DNA of 248,000 nt from Hyalangium minutum (GTDB lineage: Bacteria > Myxococcota > Myxococcia > Myxococcales > Myxococcaceae): the NCBI RefSeq assembly GCF_000737315.1, contig NZ_JMCB01000005.1, positions 20,001-268,000 on the forward strand, in the 5' to 3' direction. The notes beneath the pieces are model-generated. The model ran no database searches. It was not told the DNA's origin and saw nothing but the letters and a program-made list of their open reading frames with translations. Shown here piece by piece: positions 188,288 to 197,333 of the stretch (its first letter is position 1; every line of letters begins with the position of its first letter). The position numbers and the translations under genes were made by a program.

Positions 188288-189145
188288 TCAGGTGCCCGCG
188301 CACTGTCTGCGGCGGGACAGCCAGAGCGCCACGGCCACCCACGCGGCGGGGGCAAGCAAGGGAGCAGCCGAGCACCCCTTGGATTCATCACCTGGGCCGG
188401 AGCACTCGGGCACATTGGTCACCTGGACCTGGAGGGTCTCGGTGGCAGGGCCCAGGTTTCCGGCGGCGTCACGGGCTCTGAGGCGGACGTTGAAGCGCCC
188501 CGTGCCGTGGGAGGGCAGGGCCGCGACACAGATGCCACCGGGAGCGAGGGAGACCTGGAGCTTGCCGTTGGTGAGGATGGCGCTCGGTGCTCCCATCATG
188601 GTGGGCTTGCTGTTCAGGTCCGGCTCGGTATCCGCCGAGCTGATCCAGATGTCGTAGCCGAGCTCGCCGCGCGGCGTGCGGTCATCCGTGGGCGAGGGGA
188701 ACTCGATGGAGACGTCTCCGATGGAATCCTTGCCGGTGCGCGCCACCATCACGGTGGGCTCGGAGATGGCGGAGGGCGGCGTGGTGTCGGGTCCACCCGC
188801 GACAGACACCGTATACGACTCGGAATCTGTAGCGAGCGTGTAGCTCCCTTCGGGCAGCGGGGCCGAGGGCGTGACCAGAACGCCTCCTCTCTCGTCGGCG
188901 TCCGCAGTGATGGTGCTGGGGATCTCCTGGCCCATGGAGCCGCGCAGCGCGACCTGGGTGGCGTCGATCCGATAGCCCTGGCTTGCGTGCGCGACGATGG
189001 CCGGGTTGGAGGGGAGAGGTGGGGCTTGGTACTTCGGGTAGATGCGCACGATGGGGAGAGGGGACTCGGCGGACGCGGCTTGTGCGGCCAGCAGCACGGC
189101 GAGGCACGGCAGGCGAAGGGCAGGGGCGAGCTTTCTTAGGAGCAT
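188288..189145 (-). CDS. MYXO-CTERM surface protein with Fn3-like region
   Basis: DTTPP, RARDAAGN, KGCS-TM-RRR. Confidence 0.6.
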   Translation of the reverse strand: MLLRKLAPALRLPCLAVLLAAQAASAESPLPIVRIYPKYQAPPLPSNPAIVAHASQGYRIDATQVALRGSMGQEIPSTITADADERGGVLVTPSAPLPEGSYTLATDSESYTVSVAGGPDTTPPSAISEPTVMVARTGKDSIGDVSIEFPSPTDDRTPRGELGYDIWISSADTEPDLNSKPTMMGAPSAILTNGKLQVSLAPGGICVAALPSHGTGRFNVRLRARDAAGNLGPATETLQVQVTNVPECSGPGDESKGCSAAPLLAPAAWVAVALWLSRRRQCAGT

Positions 189146-189289
189146 GCCCAACGCGGTAGCAGGGGCTGTGCCACCTTCACGGCTCGCGGGCTGGCAGAGG
189201 CGCTCATGTGGATGCGCGCTGGGGAGCGCCCCTGCCACCTGTGTCGGAGGCTCGCGGATTTCTGAGTCAGCGAGTCCTCCAGAGCAGCC

Positions 189290-191068
189290 TCACTCCTCCT
189301 CGGGCGGGGCCTCCATGTAGTCCGGCGCGTGGATGCCCAGCAGTGCGAACGCGCTCTTCAGCGTCTGCTTCAGCGCCGCCACCAGCGCCAGACGGCCCTG
189401 CGTCTTCTCCACATCCGTGCTGATGATCGGGTCCGACTTGTAGCGCGTGTAGTAGCTGTGGAAGTCGGTGATGAGCTCCTGGCAGAAGTACAGCACGTGG
189501 TGCGGCTCCAGCCGCTCCGCCGCGCTCGCCACCACGTCCGGCAGCTGGCTCATCTTCTTCAGCATCGCCAGCTCCTCAGGCAGCGTCAGCCGCGCCAGCT
189601 GCGCCTCCGTCACCTGAGCCACCCCGACGAACGGCTGACCCTTCTCCGCCGCCTTCTTCAGGATGCTCGCGCACCGCGCGTGGCCGTACTGGAAGTAGAA
189701 GACCGGGTTCTCCTTCGATTGCTCCTTCACCTTGTCCAGGTCGAAGTCGAAGCGCGAGTTCGCCGTCTTCATGAGGAACAGGAACCGGCACACGTCCGGC
189801 CCCGCCTCGTCGATGAGGTCCTCCAGCTCGAACACCGTGCCCTTGCGCTTGCTGACCTTCACCTCCTCGCCGCCCCGGGTGATGCGGACGATCTGCACCA
189901 GCAGGAACTCGAGCTTCTTCGGATCCAGCCCCAGCAGCGTGACACCCGCCTTGATGCGCGGCGTGTGGCCCGCATGGTCCGCGCCGAGCACGTCGATGAT
190001 CCGGTCGAAGCCGCGCTCGTACTTCTCCTTGTGGTACGCGAGGTCCGCCGTCAGGTACACCGGCGTGCCGTCGTGCCGCAGGATGACCCGGTCCTCGTCA
190101 TCCCCGTGCTGGCTCGTCTGCAGGAACAGGCCGCCCTTCTGCCGATCCGCGTAGTGGGCCGCCTTGCTCTCCTCGTTCCGGACCTTCTCGGTGTCGCGCC
190201 GGGCCTCGGTCGCCTCGTACGTCACCCCGCGCTGCTTGTACTCCTCAGCGACGGCCTTCACCTTGCCCGCCGCGTGCAGCGAGGCCTCGCTGAAGAACAC
190301 GTCGTGCCGGATGTTCGCTTTCTCCAGGCTCACCTTGATGTTCTTCAGGTTCTCCCGCACCGCCACCGCGATGGCCGGTGCCAGCCACTCGGACTCCGAC
190401 GCCTTCAGGTACTTGTCCCCCACCTCGTCCCGCCACGTCTTCGCGATGTCGATGACGTACTCGGCCGGGTACTCGCCCTCGACCAGCTGCACCTGCTCGC
190501 CAAAGAGCTGCCGGTAGCGCTTGTGCACCGTCCGCCCCAGCGTCTCCACCTGCTTGCCGTAGTCATTGATGTAGAACTCGCGCGTCACGTCGTGCCCGGC
190601 CGCGTCCAGCAGCCGCGACACCGCGTCGCCCATGAAGGCTCCGCGCGCATGGCCGATGTGCACCGGCCCCGTCGGGTTCGCCGAGACGAACTCCACCATC
190701 ACCCGCTTGCCCGTCGACTTGGCCACCCGGCGCCCGAACGTGTCCCCGGCTTGCAGCACCTCGCGCGCCACGTCCTGGATGACCTTCTGCTTCAGCGTGA
190801 AGTTCAGGAAGCCCGGGCCCGCCACCTCCACCTTCTCGACGATGCCCTCCTGGTCCACCAGCCCCTTCACGAGGGCGTTGGCGATGTCGCGGGGCGGCTT
190901 GCCCTCTGGCTTGTTGAGCAACAGGGCCACGTTCACCGCCCAGTCGCCGTGGGCCGGGTTCTTGGGCGGCTCCACCGTGTAGTGGGGCGCCTGCTCCAGC
191001 TTGAGCGTGCCGGCCGCCTTCAGCGCCGCGAGCGTTGCATCGATGAGTGCGAAGACCTTCTGCCGCAT
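189290..191068 (-). CDS. argS: Arginyl-tRNA synthetase
   Basis: EFVSANPTGPVHIGH, VSKRKG, YFQYGHAR. Confidence 0.96.
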   Translation of the reverse strand: MRQKVFALIDATLAALKAAGTLKLEQAPHYTVEPPKNPAHGDWAVNVALLLNKPEGKPPRDIANALVKGLVDQEGIVEKVEVAGPGFLNFTLKQKVIQDVAREVLQAGDTFGRRVAKSTGKRVMVEFVSANPTGPVHIGHARGAFMGDAVSRLLDAAGHDVTREFYINDYGKQVETLGRTVHKRYRQLFGEQVQLVEGEYPAEYVIDIAKTWRDEVGDKYLKASESEWLAPAIAVAVRENLKNIKVSLEKANIRHDVFFSEASLHAAGKVKAVAEEYKQRGVTYEATEARRDTEKVRNEESKAAHYADRQKGGLFLQTSQHGDDEDRVILRHDGTPVYLTADLAYHKEKYERGFDRIIDVLGADHAGHTPRIKAGVTLLGLDPKKLEFLLVQIVRITRGGEEVKVSKRKGTVFELEDLIDEAGPDVCRFLFLMKTANSRFDFDLDKVKEQSKENPVFYFQYGHARCASILKKAAEKGQPFVGVAQVTEAQLARLTLPEELAMLKKMSQLPDVVASAAERLEPHHVLYFCQELITDFHSYYTRYKSDPIISTDVEKTQGRLALVAALKQTLKSAFALLGIHAPDYMEAPPEEE

Positions 191069-191216
191069 GGGGATTTCTTCTCCGAGAACAAGCCTAAAGA
191101 CGGTGCAATGTAGGCAGTTTTGACACGGGGTTCACGGCTTCCGTGAAGCTTCTGGCGCCTGCCGTACTCCAGGTACCTTGACGGAGGCATTCGCCCTCCT
191201 CATTCTGCCGCGCCTC

Positions 191217-191858
191217 ATGCCCGTCCTGCGTGGAGCTGTCACCTTCTCCCGCTTCCTCGTCGAGCCCGACAAGGAAGCCCCCGCGGACCTCAAGCGCTCG
191301 CTCTCCCGCGCGCTCAAGGCCCGTGCCTTCGCCCCCATTGATCGCCGCGCCGAGGAAGAGCGCGCCACCGGCTTCGTGGAGCTCGAGAACTCCGACGGTA
191401 CCGAGTTCGCCGCTGGCAGCATCTTCTATGGTGAGTACGCCCTGTTCGCCTGGCGCGTCGACACCATCAAGATCCCCGGCCCCGTCCTCAAGGCCGAGGT
191501 GGAGAAGTGGGCCGCCGCCTTCGAGAAGGAGAAGGGCCGTCCCCCCAGCCGCGGCGAGAAGAACGAGAACAAGTCCTCCGTGCGCCAGCTGCTCCGCAAC
191601 CGCGCCGTGCCCCTCACCAAGGTGCACGACATCAGCTGGAACCTGAAGACCCAGCAGCTGCAGATCTGGGCCGCCTCGCGCAAGGCCGTGGAGGAGGCGA
191701 TGGCCGGTGTGGAGACCGCCTTCAAGGTGAAGCTCATCCCGCTCGTGCCGGCCGCCGTGGCGCAGCGCACGGGCATCGACGATTCGGCCTTGGGGCCCAC
191801 CGCCGAGCTGATCGGCATGGAGCTGAAGGCGGAGGAGGTGAGCCATGGGGAAGCGTGA
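191217..191858 (+). CDS. RdgC-like hypothetical protein
   Basis: WRVDTIKIP, AVP...DI.WN pattern. Confidence 0.55.
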   Translation: MPVLRGAVTFSRFLVEPDKEAPADLKRSLSRALKARAFAPIDRRAEEERATGFVELENSDGTEFAAGSIFYGEYALFAWRVDTIKIPGPVLKAEVEKWAAAFEKEKGRPPSRGEKNENKSSVRQLLRNRAVPLTKVHDISWNLKTQQLQIWAASRKAVEEAMAGVETAFKVKLIPLVPAAVAQRTGIDDSALGPTAELIGMELKAEEVSHGEA

Positions 191859-192519
191859 GCAGGCCCGGGAGGAGGCCGCCTTCATGCGCGGCGATGTCGG
191901 CGTCGACGGAGGCGCCACCGAGGAGAAGAAGGACACCGCCGAGGTGGAGCGCGACAAGGCCCGCGAGGCGCTTCTGCGCGGCAAGGCGTACCTGGGCCGC
192001 GAGTTCCTCACCTGGCTGCTGTGGCGCTCGGAGTCCGGCGACCCCATCACCGAGTTTGAGAAGTTGGGACTCACCGTCCTCTTCACCGGCCGCGTGGTGC
192101 TCAAAGGCGTCAGTGGCGATGTGACGGAGCTGTCCGCCCGTGGCGCCATGGCCCCGTACTCGGAGCAGGTGCGGCATTCGCTGGACCGGGGACTGCTCGT
192201 CCACCAGGCCCGGATGCTCCTCACCCACGGCGAGAAGGCCTATGAGGTGACGCTGGATGCCGAGTTCCTCGACGTCCGCGCCGCCAAGCTCCCGGAGCTG
192301 ATGAGCGAGGAGGATGACTCGCGCACCTCCGAGCGCCTCTTCCTGGCCGAGCAGCTCTCCGCGCTGATCCACGCCCTGGTCGAGGCCTTCATCGCCGTGC
192401 GCGCGGGCAAGGCCTGGAGCAAGCAGATCGTCCCCGCCATGAAGGAGTGGATGCGCGGCGAGGAGGGCACCCGGAAGCAGACCACCCTCCAGCGCGCCGC
192501 CAACGTCCGGAAGCGGTAG
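191845..192519 (+). CDS. Conserved hypothetical protein, partner of the preceding gene
   Basis: YLGREFLTWL.W motif. Confidence 0.6.
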   Translation: MGKREQAREEAAFMRGDVGVDGGATEEKKDTAEVERDKAREALLRGKAYLGREFLTWLLWRSESGDPITEFEKLGLTVLFTGRVVLKGVSGDVTELSARGAMAPYSEQVRHSLDRGLLVHQARMLLTHGEKAYEVTLDAEFLDVRAAKLPELMSEEDDSRTSERLFLAEQLSALIHALVEAFIAVRAGKAWSKQIVPAMKEWMRGEEGTRKQTTLQRAANVRKR

Positions 192520-192825
192520 CTCTTCTCGCCCCACGGGGCTGAATCGTGGCGGGCGGGTGATCACCGCTGATCATCCACCCTGCCCCAGCCACCTGGGAAA
192601 AGCCGTAAGTCCTGGAGTCTCTTTTCAGGGCGCCCCCGTAAGAATGACAGCCGCCGCGCCCCGGTTTCGCGGGCGCACTCGCTGCTTCGCGGGGTTCGAA
192701 CGTCCGCCAGCCCACGCCTGGGCTCTGCACGAAGGTTGCAACACTCCCCGGTGCAGAAGTCCCGAGGGGCCCACGTGGGGGTGGCGTCGATGGGGTGCGT
192801 TCGAGCCCGAGAAGAGGTGGAGTCC

Positions 192826-194601
192826 ATGGTTGGCCAGCGTCACGGTCCCCTCATTCTGGAGCGCATGCTGGGTGTCGGCGCCATCGGCTCCGTGTACCTC
192901 GCCATGCATCCGGCGACCGGTAAGCGGTTCGCCCTGAGGCTCCTCCATCCGCATCTGGCGGCCAATCCCGTGGTGCGCTCGCGCTTTCTCGTCGAGGCCC
193001 AGGCCGCCAGCCGCGTCATCCACCGCAACGTCGCGCGCGTGCTGGATGTGCGCGTGGGGCCCGCGGACCTGCCCACGCTCCTCATGGAGTACGTGGAGGG
193101 AGAGCGCCTGTCCTTCATGCCCGTGCCGTTCTCGCCCACCGAAGTGATGAGCCTGCTCATCCAGGTGCTCGAGGGGCTCGAGGCCGCGCACGCCCGCGGC
193201 GTGGTGCACTGCGATCTCAAGCCGGACAACCTCATCCTCACGCGCGACACGCACGGCGAGCGGCAGGTGCAGGTGCTCGACTTCGGCATGGCCAGTGTCC
193301 TGGCCTCGTGCTTCTCGCAGGAGGAGATTGCCTCGGGCGTCGTCCTGGGCTCGCCCGCGTACATGGCGCCCGAGCAGTGGGTGACCACCGCCGCGGACAC
193401 CCGGATGGATGTGTATGCGCTGGGCGTCATCGGCTACCGGTTGCTCACCGGGCGCCTGCCCTTCGGCCGTGGCCGCCTGGGCGAGGTGCGCCTCCAGGAG
193501 CAGGAGGCCCGGCCGCCCGCGCCGCACACCCTGGACTCGCGCATCTCCAAGGTGCTCTCGCTGGTCATCATGCAGGCGATTGCCTGGCGCCCGGAGGACC
193601 GCTTCCCGAGCTCCCGTGACTTCCAGCTCGCGCTCATCCAGGCCCAGCGCCACATTCCCAAGCCGACGCTCACGCTGCAGCCCGTCGCGCCGCGCACCCA
193701 GGAGCCCGCGGGCCTGCAGGTGCGCGTGGCGGGCCTCGGGAGCTCCGAGCCCCGCGCCGTGCAGGCCAGCGACGTCACCAGCGAGGGCCTCTTCATCGCC
193801 TACGAGGGGGCGCCGCCTCCGCTCGCGGCGCGGCTGGCCCTGGAGCTGTCCTTCCACGGGAAGACGCTGCCGGCTGCCGGGGACGTGGTGCGCCATGTGT
193901 CCCAGGACGAGGCCCGCGCCTGGAGCGTCTCCGCGGGCTTCTTCCTCCACTTCGTCGAGCCCTCACCGGAGCTGAGCGCCCTGGTGGCCCAGGTGCGCGC
194001 CAACAACGGCGAGCCGCCCCCGGATCCCGAGCTGGCTCAGCTGCTCTCGCGCACCGCGGCGCTCGGCAAGGATCCCTACATCTTCCTGGGGCTGCCGGAC
194101 TCGGCCAGCTTCGATGAGGTGCGTCAGCGCGCGGAGACGGCGCTGCGCCGCGTGGAAGTCTTCTGGAGCCGTCCGCTTCCGGCGAACCAGCGGCGGGATC
194201 TGGAGATGCTGCGCGCCCGGGTGGATGCGGCCCGGCGCACGCTGGGAGATCCGCTCACGCGCGCCAGCTACGACGCCACCAAGGGCAACGCGCACGGCAT
194301 CGCCCGCTGCATCCTCGCAGGGCTCTCGGACGAGGCGGTGGGACCCATCCGCCGGGCGTTCCTCGACGCGCGGCCGGGCTCCGAGGCTCGCGCGCGCTCG
194401 CTCTTCATCCAGGCCCGGAGCCTGGAGGCGCAGCACGCCCTGCAGCAGGCGGTGGATTGCTACGGCCAGGCGCTGGCGCTGGATCCGTTGCACCTGGCCG
194501 CCCAGCGCCACTACTGGGCGCTGCGCCGGCATCTGCGCCCCATGACCATCTCGGTCCCTACAATCAACCCCGGGAGGAGCCCCGAGGCGGTGCCGCGCTA
194601 G
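192826..194601 (+). CDS. Ser/Thr kinase-like domain with PilZ-like, J-like and TPR regions
   Basis: [19 protein letters not shown]; ALR in place of AxK. Confidence 0.82.
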   Translation: MVGQRHGPLILERMLGVGAIGSVYLAMHPATGKRFALRLLHPHLAANPVVRSRFLVEAQAASRVIHRNVARVLDVRVGPADLPTLLMEYVEGERLSFMPVPFSPTEVMSLLIQVLEGLEAAHARGVVHCDLKPDNLILTRDTHGERQVQVLDFGMASVLASCFSQEEIASGVVLGSPAYMAPEQWVTTAADTRMDVYALGVIGYRLLTGRLPFGRGRLGEVRLQEQEARPPAPHTLDSRISKVLSLVIMQAIAWRPEDRFPSSRDFQLALIQAQRHIPKPTLTLQPVAPRTQEPAGLQVRVAGLGSSEPRAVQASDVTSEGLFIAYEGAPPPLAARLALELSFHGKTLPAAGDVVRHVSQDEARAWSVSAGFFLHFVEPSPELSALVAQVRANNGEPPPDPELAQLLSRTAALGKDPYIFLGLPDSASFDEVRQRAETALRRVEVFWSRPLPANQRRDLEMLRARVDAARRTLGDPLTRASYDATKGNAHGIARCILAGLSDEAVGPIRRAFLDARPGSEARARSLFIQARSLEAQHALQQAVDCYGQALALDPLHLAAQRHYWALRRHLRPMTISVPTINPGRSPEAVPR

Positions 194602-195233
194602 CCCCACGTCACCTCGTACTCGCTGTCCAGAGGTCCAATCGAGCGGGAGCGCACCTGCGGGTGCTTTCCCGTGCTGACCTCCATCACCGCGAGGATGACG
194701 CCCTCGGTGTGGGGCAGGGGGAGGAAGTCGCGCTTGAAGGTGAGCAGGGCGCTCTTGTCCCCGGTCACCGTCATCTTCCGCTCGCCGAAGTTCACCGAGG
194801 CGCGGTAGGCGGCGGGGATGTTGCCCAGCAGCCGGTGAGGAGCACCTCCTGACAGCGAGACCAGCGTCTTGCCCGCCATGGAGTGCACGAAGTCCTGCAC
194901 CGTGGCCATGCCCAGCCGGCGCGAGCACTTCTCCACGTTGTTGCCGAGCAGGGGCGCCAGCACGAGGGTCGCCGCATGGGCCAGCCGGAGGAAGTCCGTG
195001 GCCGGGTAGGTGGCGAAGCTGATGAAGCCCCGCTGGAAGCGTTTGTCCATCAACAGCTGCTGGCAGTGCTTCAGGCCTGACTCGCCGGCCTCCCTCTTCA
195101 CGAGGTTGAAGAGGCTGGTGAAGAACAACCCCCGGAAGTTGTCCTCGGGAGAGGGCAAGGAGAGGTAGCGCGTGTAGAGGGACTCCCCTCCTTCAGAGGA
195201 GGGAGGTTTCACCGAAACGGGGGGCGTGTTCAT
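194598..195233 (-). CDS. DUF2378 / TIGR02265 family protein
   Basis: RGLFF, YPATDF, S..GKT, PAAY. Confidence 0.82.
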   Translation of the reverse strand: MNTPPVSVKPPSSEGGESLYTRYLSLPSPEDNFRGLFFTSLFNLVKREAGESGLKHCQQLLMDKRFQRGFISFATYPATDFLRLAHAATLVLAPLLGNNVEKCSRRLGMATVQDFVHSMAGKTLVSLSGGAPHRLLGNIPAAYRASVNFGERKMTVTGDKSALLTFKRDFLPLPHTEGVILAVMEVSTGKHPQVRSRSIGPLDSEYEVTWG

Positions 195234-195428
195234 GTGAGGGCGGGGAAGCTCGGGGCTTCAGTATAGCTTCCAACCTGCTGGGTTGGATAGTGGACTCGAG
195301 ATACACCCTGAGGGCCCCGTGTTCCAGGGGCAGGTAAAGTGTTTCCCTGTGCGGTGCTGTCGGCTTCCTCGAAACCATGCGAAGCCCGCGCCAACACGGT
195401 GGCTCAGTGTTTGCTCTGGGCCCTCGGT

Positions 195429-197255
195429 ATGAGAAAGCCGTTGCTGGTATGGGGGGCATTGCTCCTGGGGGCATGTGGGGGCGCCACGGGGAAGCCATCG
195501 TCTGCCCCGCAGACCGTTCTGCAAGAGAAGCCCGCAGGCACTCCCGGTGTGGGCCCGACGCAGCCGCCCGAGGCGGGAGGTCCCGACACAGGGACACCTC
195601 CGCTGGATCCCGGGCCTCCGGATGCAGGCCCTCTGGAGCCGCTGCCCGCGCCGGACGGGGGCACACTGGCGTCGCCTGCCTGGCCAGCGCTGCAGACTTC
195701 GATTCCGACCTTGGCGCTCACCGTCACGCCCGAGCACCTGCAGGCGCTCGAAGCGAACGTGGAGGCTCGGGACTACGGGGTGCCCGCCCAGTTCACCTAC
195801 CAGGGCCGTACGTGGGCGGTGGAGCTGCGCTACCGGGGCCGCTCGACGCGCGCCGAGCCGAAGAAGCCGTACTCGGTGCGCTTCCCCAAGGACGATCGCT
195901 TCCTCAACGGCGTGAAGCGGCTGGAACTGCTCGCGGCATATAAGGATGCGGGCTACTTGACGGAGAAGCTCTGGTACGACGTGGCGGCCAGCGTGGGGTT
196001 GAAGGTGCCGCGCACCCACTACGTGCACCTCTCGCTCAATGGCCAGTACCAGGGCATCTACACGGAGATTGAAGACCTGGAGAAGGCCTTCCTCCGCGCG
196101 CATGACCTGGATGACGACAGCGACATCTACCGCTGCGGCATGCAGGACTGCGAGCTGCGCCCGCCGCCTCGCGAGGCGTATATGGAGGACTGGGACAAGC
196201 GCACCAACGAGGATCAGCCGTGGGATGGGTTGTGGAACTTCATCGACGGCATCAACCGCACGCCTCCCCACGCGTTCCGCGCCTTCGCCGAGAAGGAGGT
196301 GGCGCTGGACGACTACCTCACGTGGATGGTGCTCGACACCTTCATCTCCAATGATTACCAGGTCGACTCGCGCAGCTTCCTCGTCTACGAGCGCGAGCAG
196401 CGGCAGTGGATCTACGTCCCGTGGGACTTGAACAACGCCCTGTCGCTCTACAGCCGCAAGCACGACGTGCGGCAGGGCGTCTCGGATCGCGTCTCTCGGC
196501 CGCTGTTCGGGTTCACCGCGTATGACCCGTACGTGTACGACCTGGCGGAGTGGCGCCGGAGCTGGGGCGAGTTGGACATGAAGCCGGCGTGGAGCACGCT
196601 CACCACGCGCATCCTGGATGATGAGGTGCTGCGTGCCCGCTACGTCGCTCGCCTGAGGATGCTGCTGGACACCTGGCTCACCGAGGAGAACCTGTCCCGG
196701 CGCATCCACGCGATGCACCAGCTGCTGAGGCCCTTCATTCTCCCCAGCGCGCAGGGGCAGACGCTGGACCCCTTCGTGAGCCCGGAGCACGCGGCCCGGA
196801 GCCCCGAGTTCCTCCGCAACTTCGTGCGCGAGCGCCGCAAGTGGCTGCTGGCCCACATCGCCGACATCGAATCCCTGGGCAGCGGGCCGCTCGTCATCGA
196901 CCGCGTGGGACGGGAGGCCTCGGGCGCGTGGTGGGTGCAGCTCTACAACCGCGGGAACACGCCCGTGTCACTCGACGGTCTGTACCTGTCCGGCTTCACC
197001 CGCGTGCCCACGCAGTCGCTCTTGCCTGCCACCACCGTGGCGCCGCAGGGCTTCGTGACGCTGCGGCAGGGGAGCGCGGACGCCGCGGGGCGGCTCAGTG
197101 CGGAGATCAACGCGCAGCGGCCCGAGCTGTCCCTGTTCGCAGCGGATGGGCGCACGCCCGTGGATCTGCTCTGGCTGGCGCCGCTCGCTCCGGGCGAGGC
197201 CTACGGACGGCAGCCTCGCGGCGCGGAGACGTTCGGTCCTCAAGCGGGACCATGA
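195429..197255 (+). CDS. CotH kinase family lipoprotein with lamin-tail-like region
   Basis: RYRGRS, KKPY, NGQYQGIY..IE, PWDLN. Confidence 0.85.
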   Translation: MRKPLLVWGALLLGACGGATGKPSSAPQTVLQEKPAGTPGVGPTQPPEAGGPDTGTPPLDPGPPDAGPLEPLPAPDGGTLASPAWPALQTSIPTLALTVTPEHLQALEANVEARDYGVPAQFTYQGRTWAVELRYRGRSTRAEPKKPYSVRFPKDDRFLNGVKRLELLAAYKDAGYLTEKLWYDVAASVGLKVPRTHYVHLSLNGQYQGIYTEIEDLEKAFLRAHDLDDDSDIYRCGMQDCELRPPPREAYMEDWDKRTNEDQPWDGLWNFIDGINRTPPHAFRAFAEKEVALDDYLTWMVLDTFISNDYQVDSRSFLVYEREQRQWIYVPWDLNNALSLYSRKHDVRQGVSDRVSRPLFGFTAYDPYVYDLAEWRRSWGELDMKPAWSTLTTRILDDEVLRARYVARLRMLLDTWLTEENLSRRIHAMHQLLRPFILPSAQGQTLDPFVSPEHAARSPEFLRNFVRERRKWLLAHIADIESLGSGPLVIDRVGREASGAWWVQLYNRGNTPVSLDGLYLSGFTRVPTQSLLPATTVAPQGFVTLRQGSADAAGRLSAEINAQRPELSLFAADGRTPVDLLWLAPLAPGEAYGRQPRGAETFGPQAGP

Positions 197256-197283
197256 GTTGAAACCCTCGCCAGCCCTGGAGGAG

Positions 197284-197319
197284 GCAGTGGCCCGCCGTCT
197301 CGCCCCGGCGGGCCACTGC
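197284..197319. terminator. 14-16 bp hairpin, copy 1
   Basis: GCAGTGGCCCGCCG-loop-CGGCGGGCCACTGC. Confidence 0.7.
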
Positions 197320-197333
197320 TTTTGGAGGCGGGC

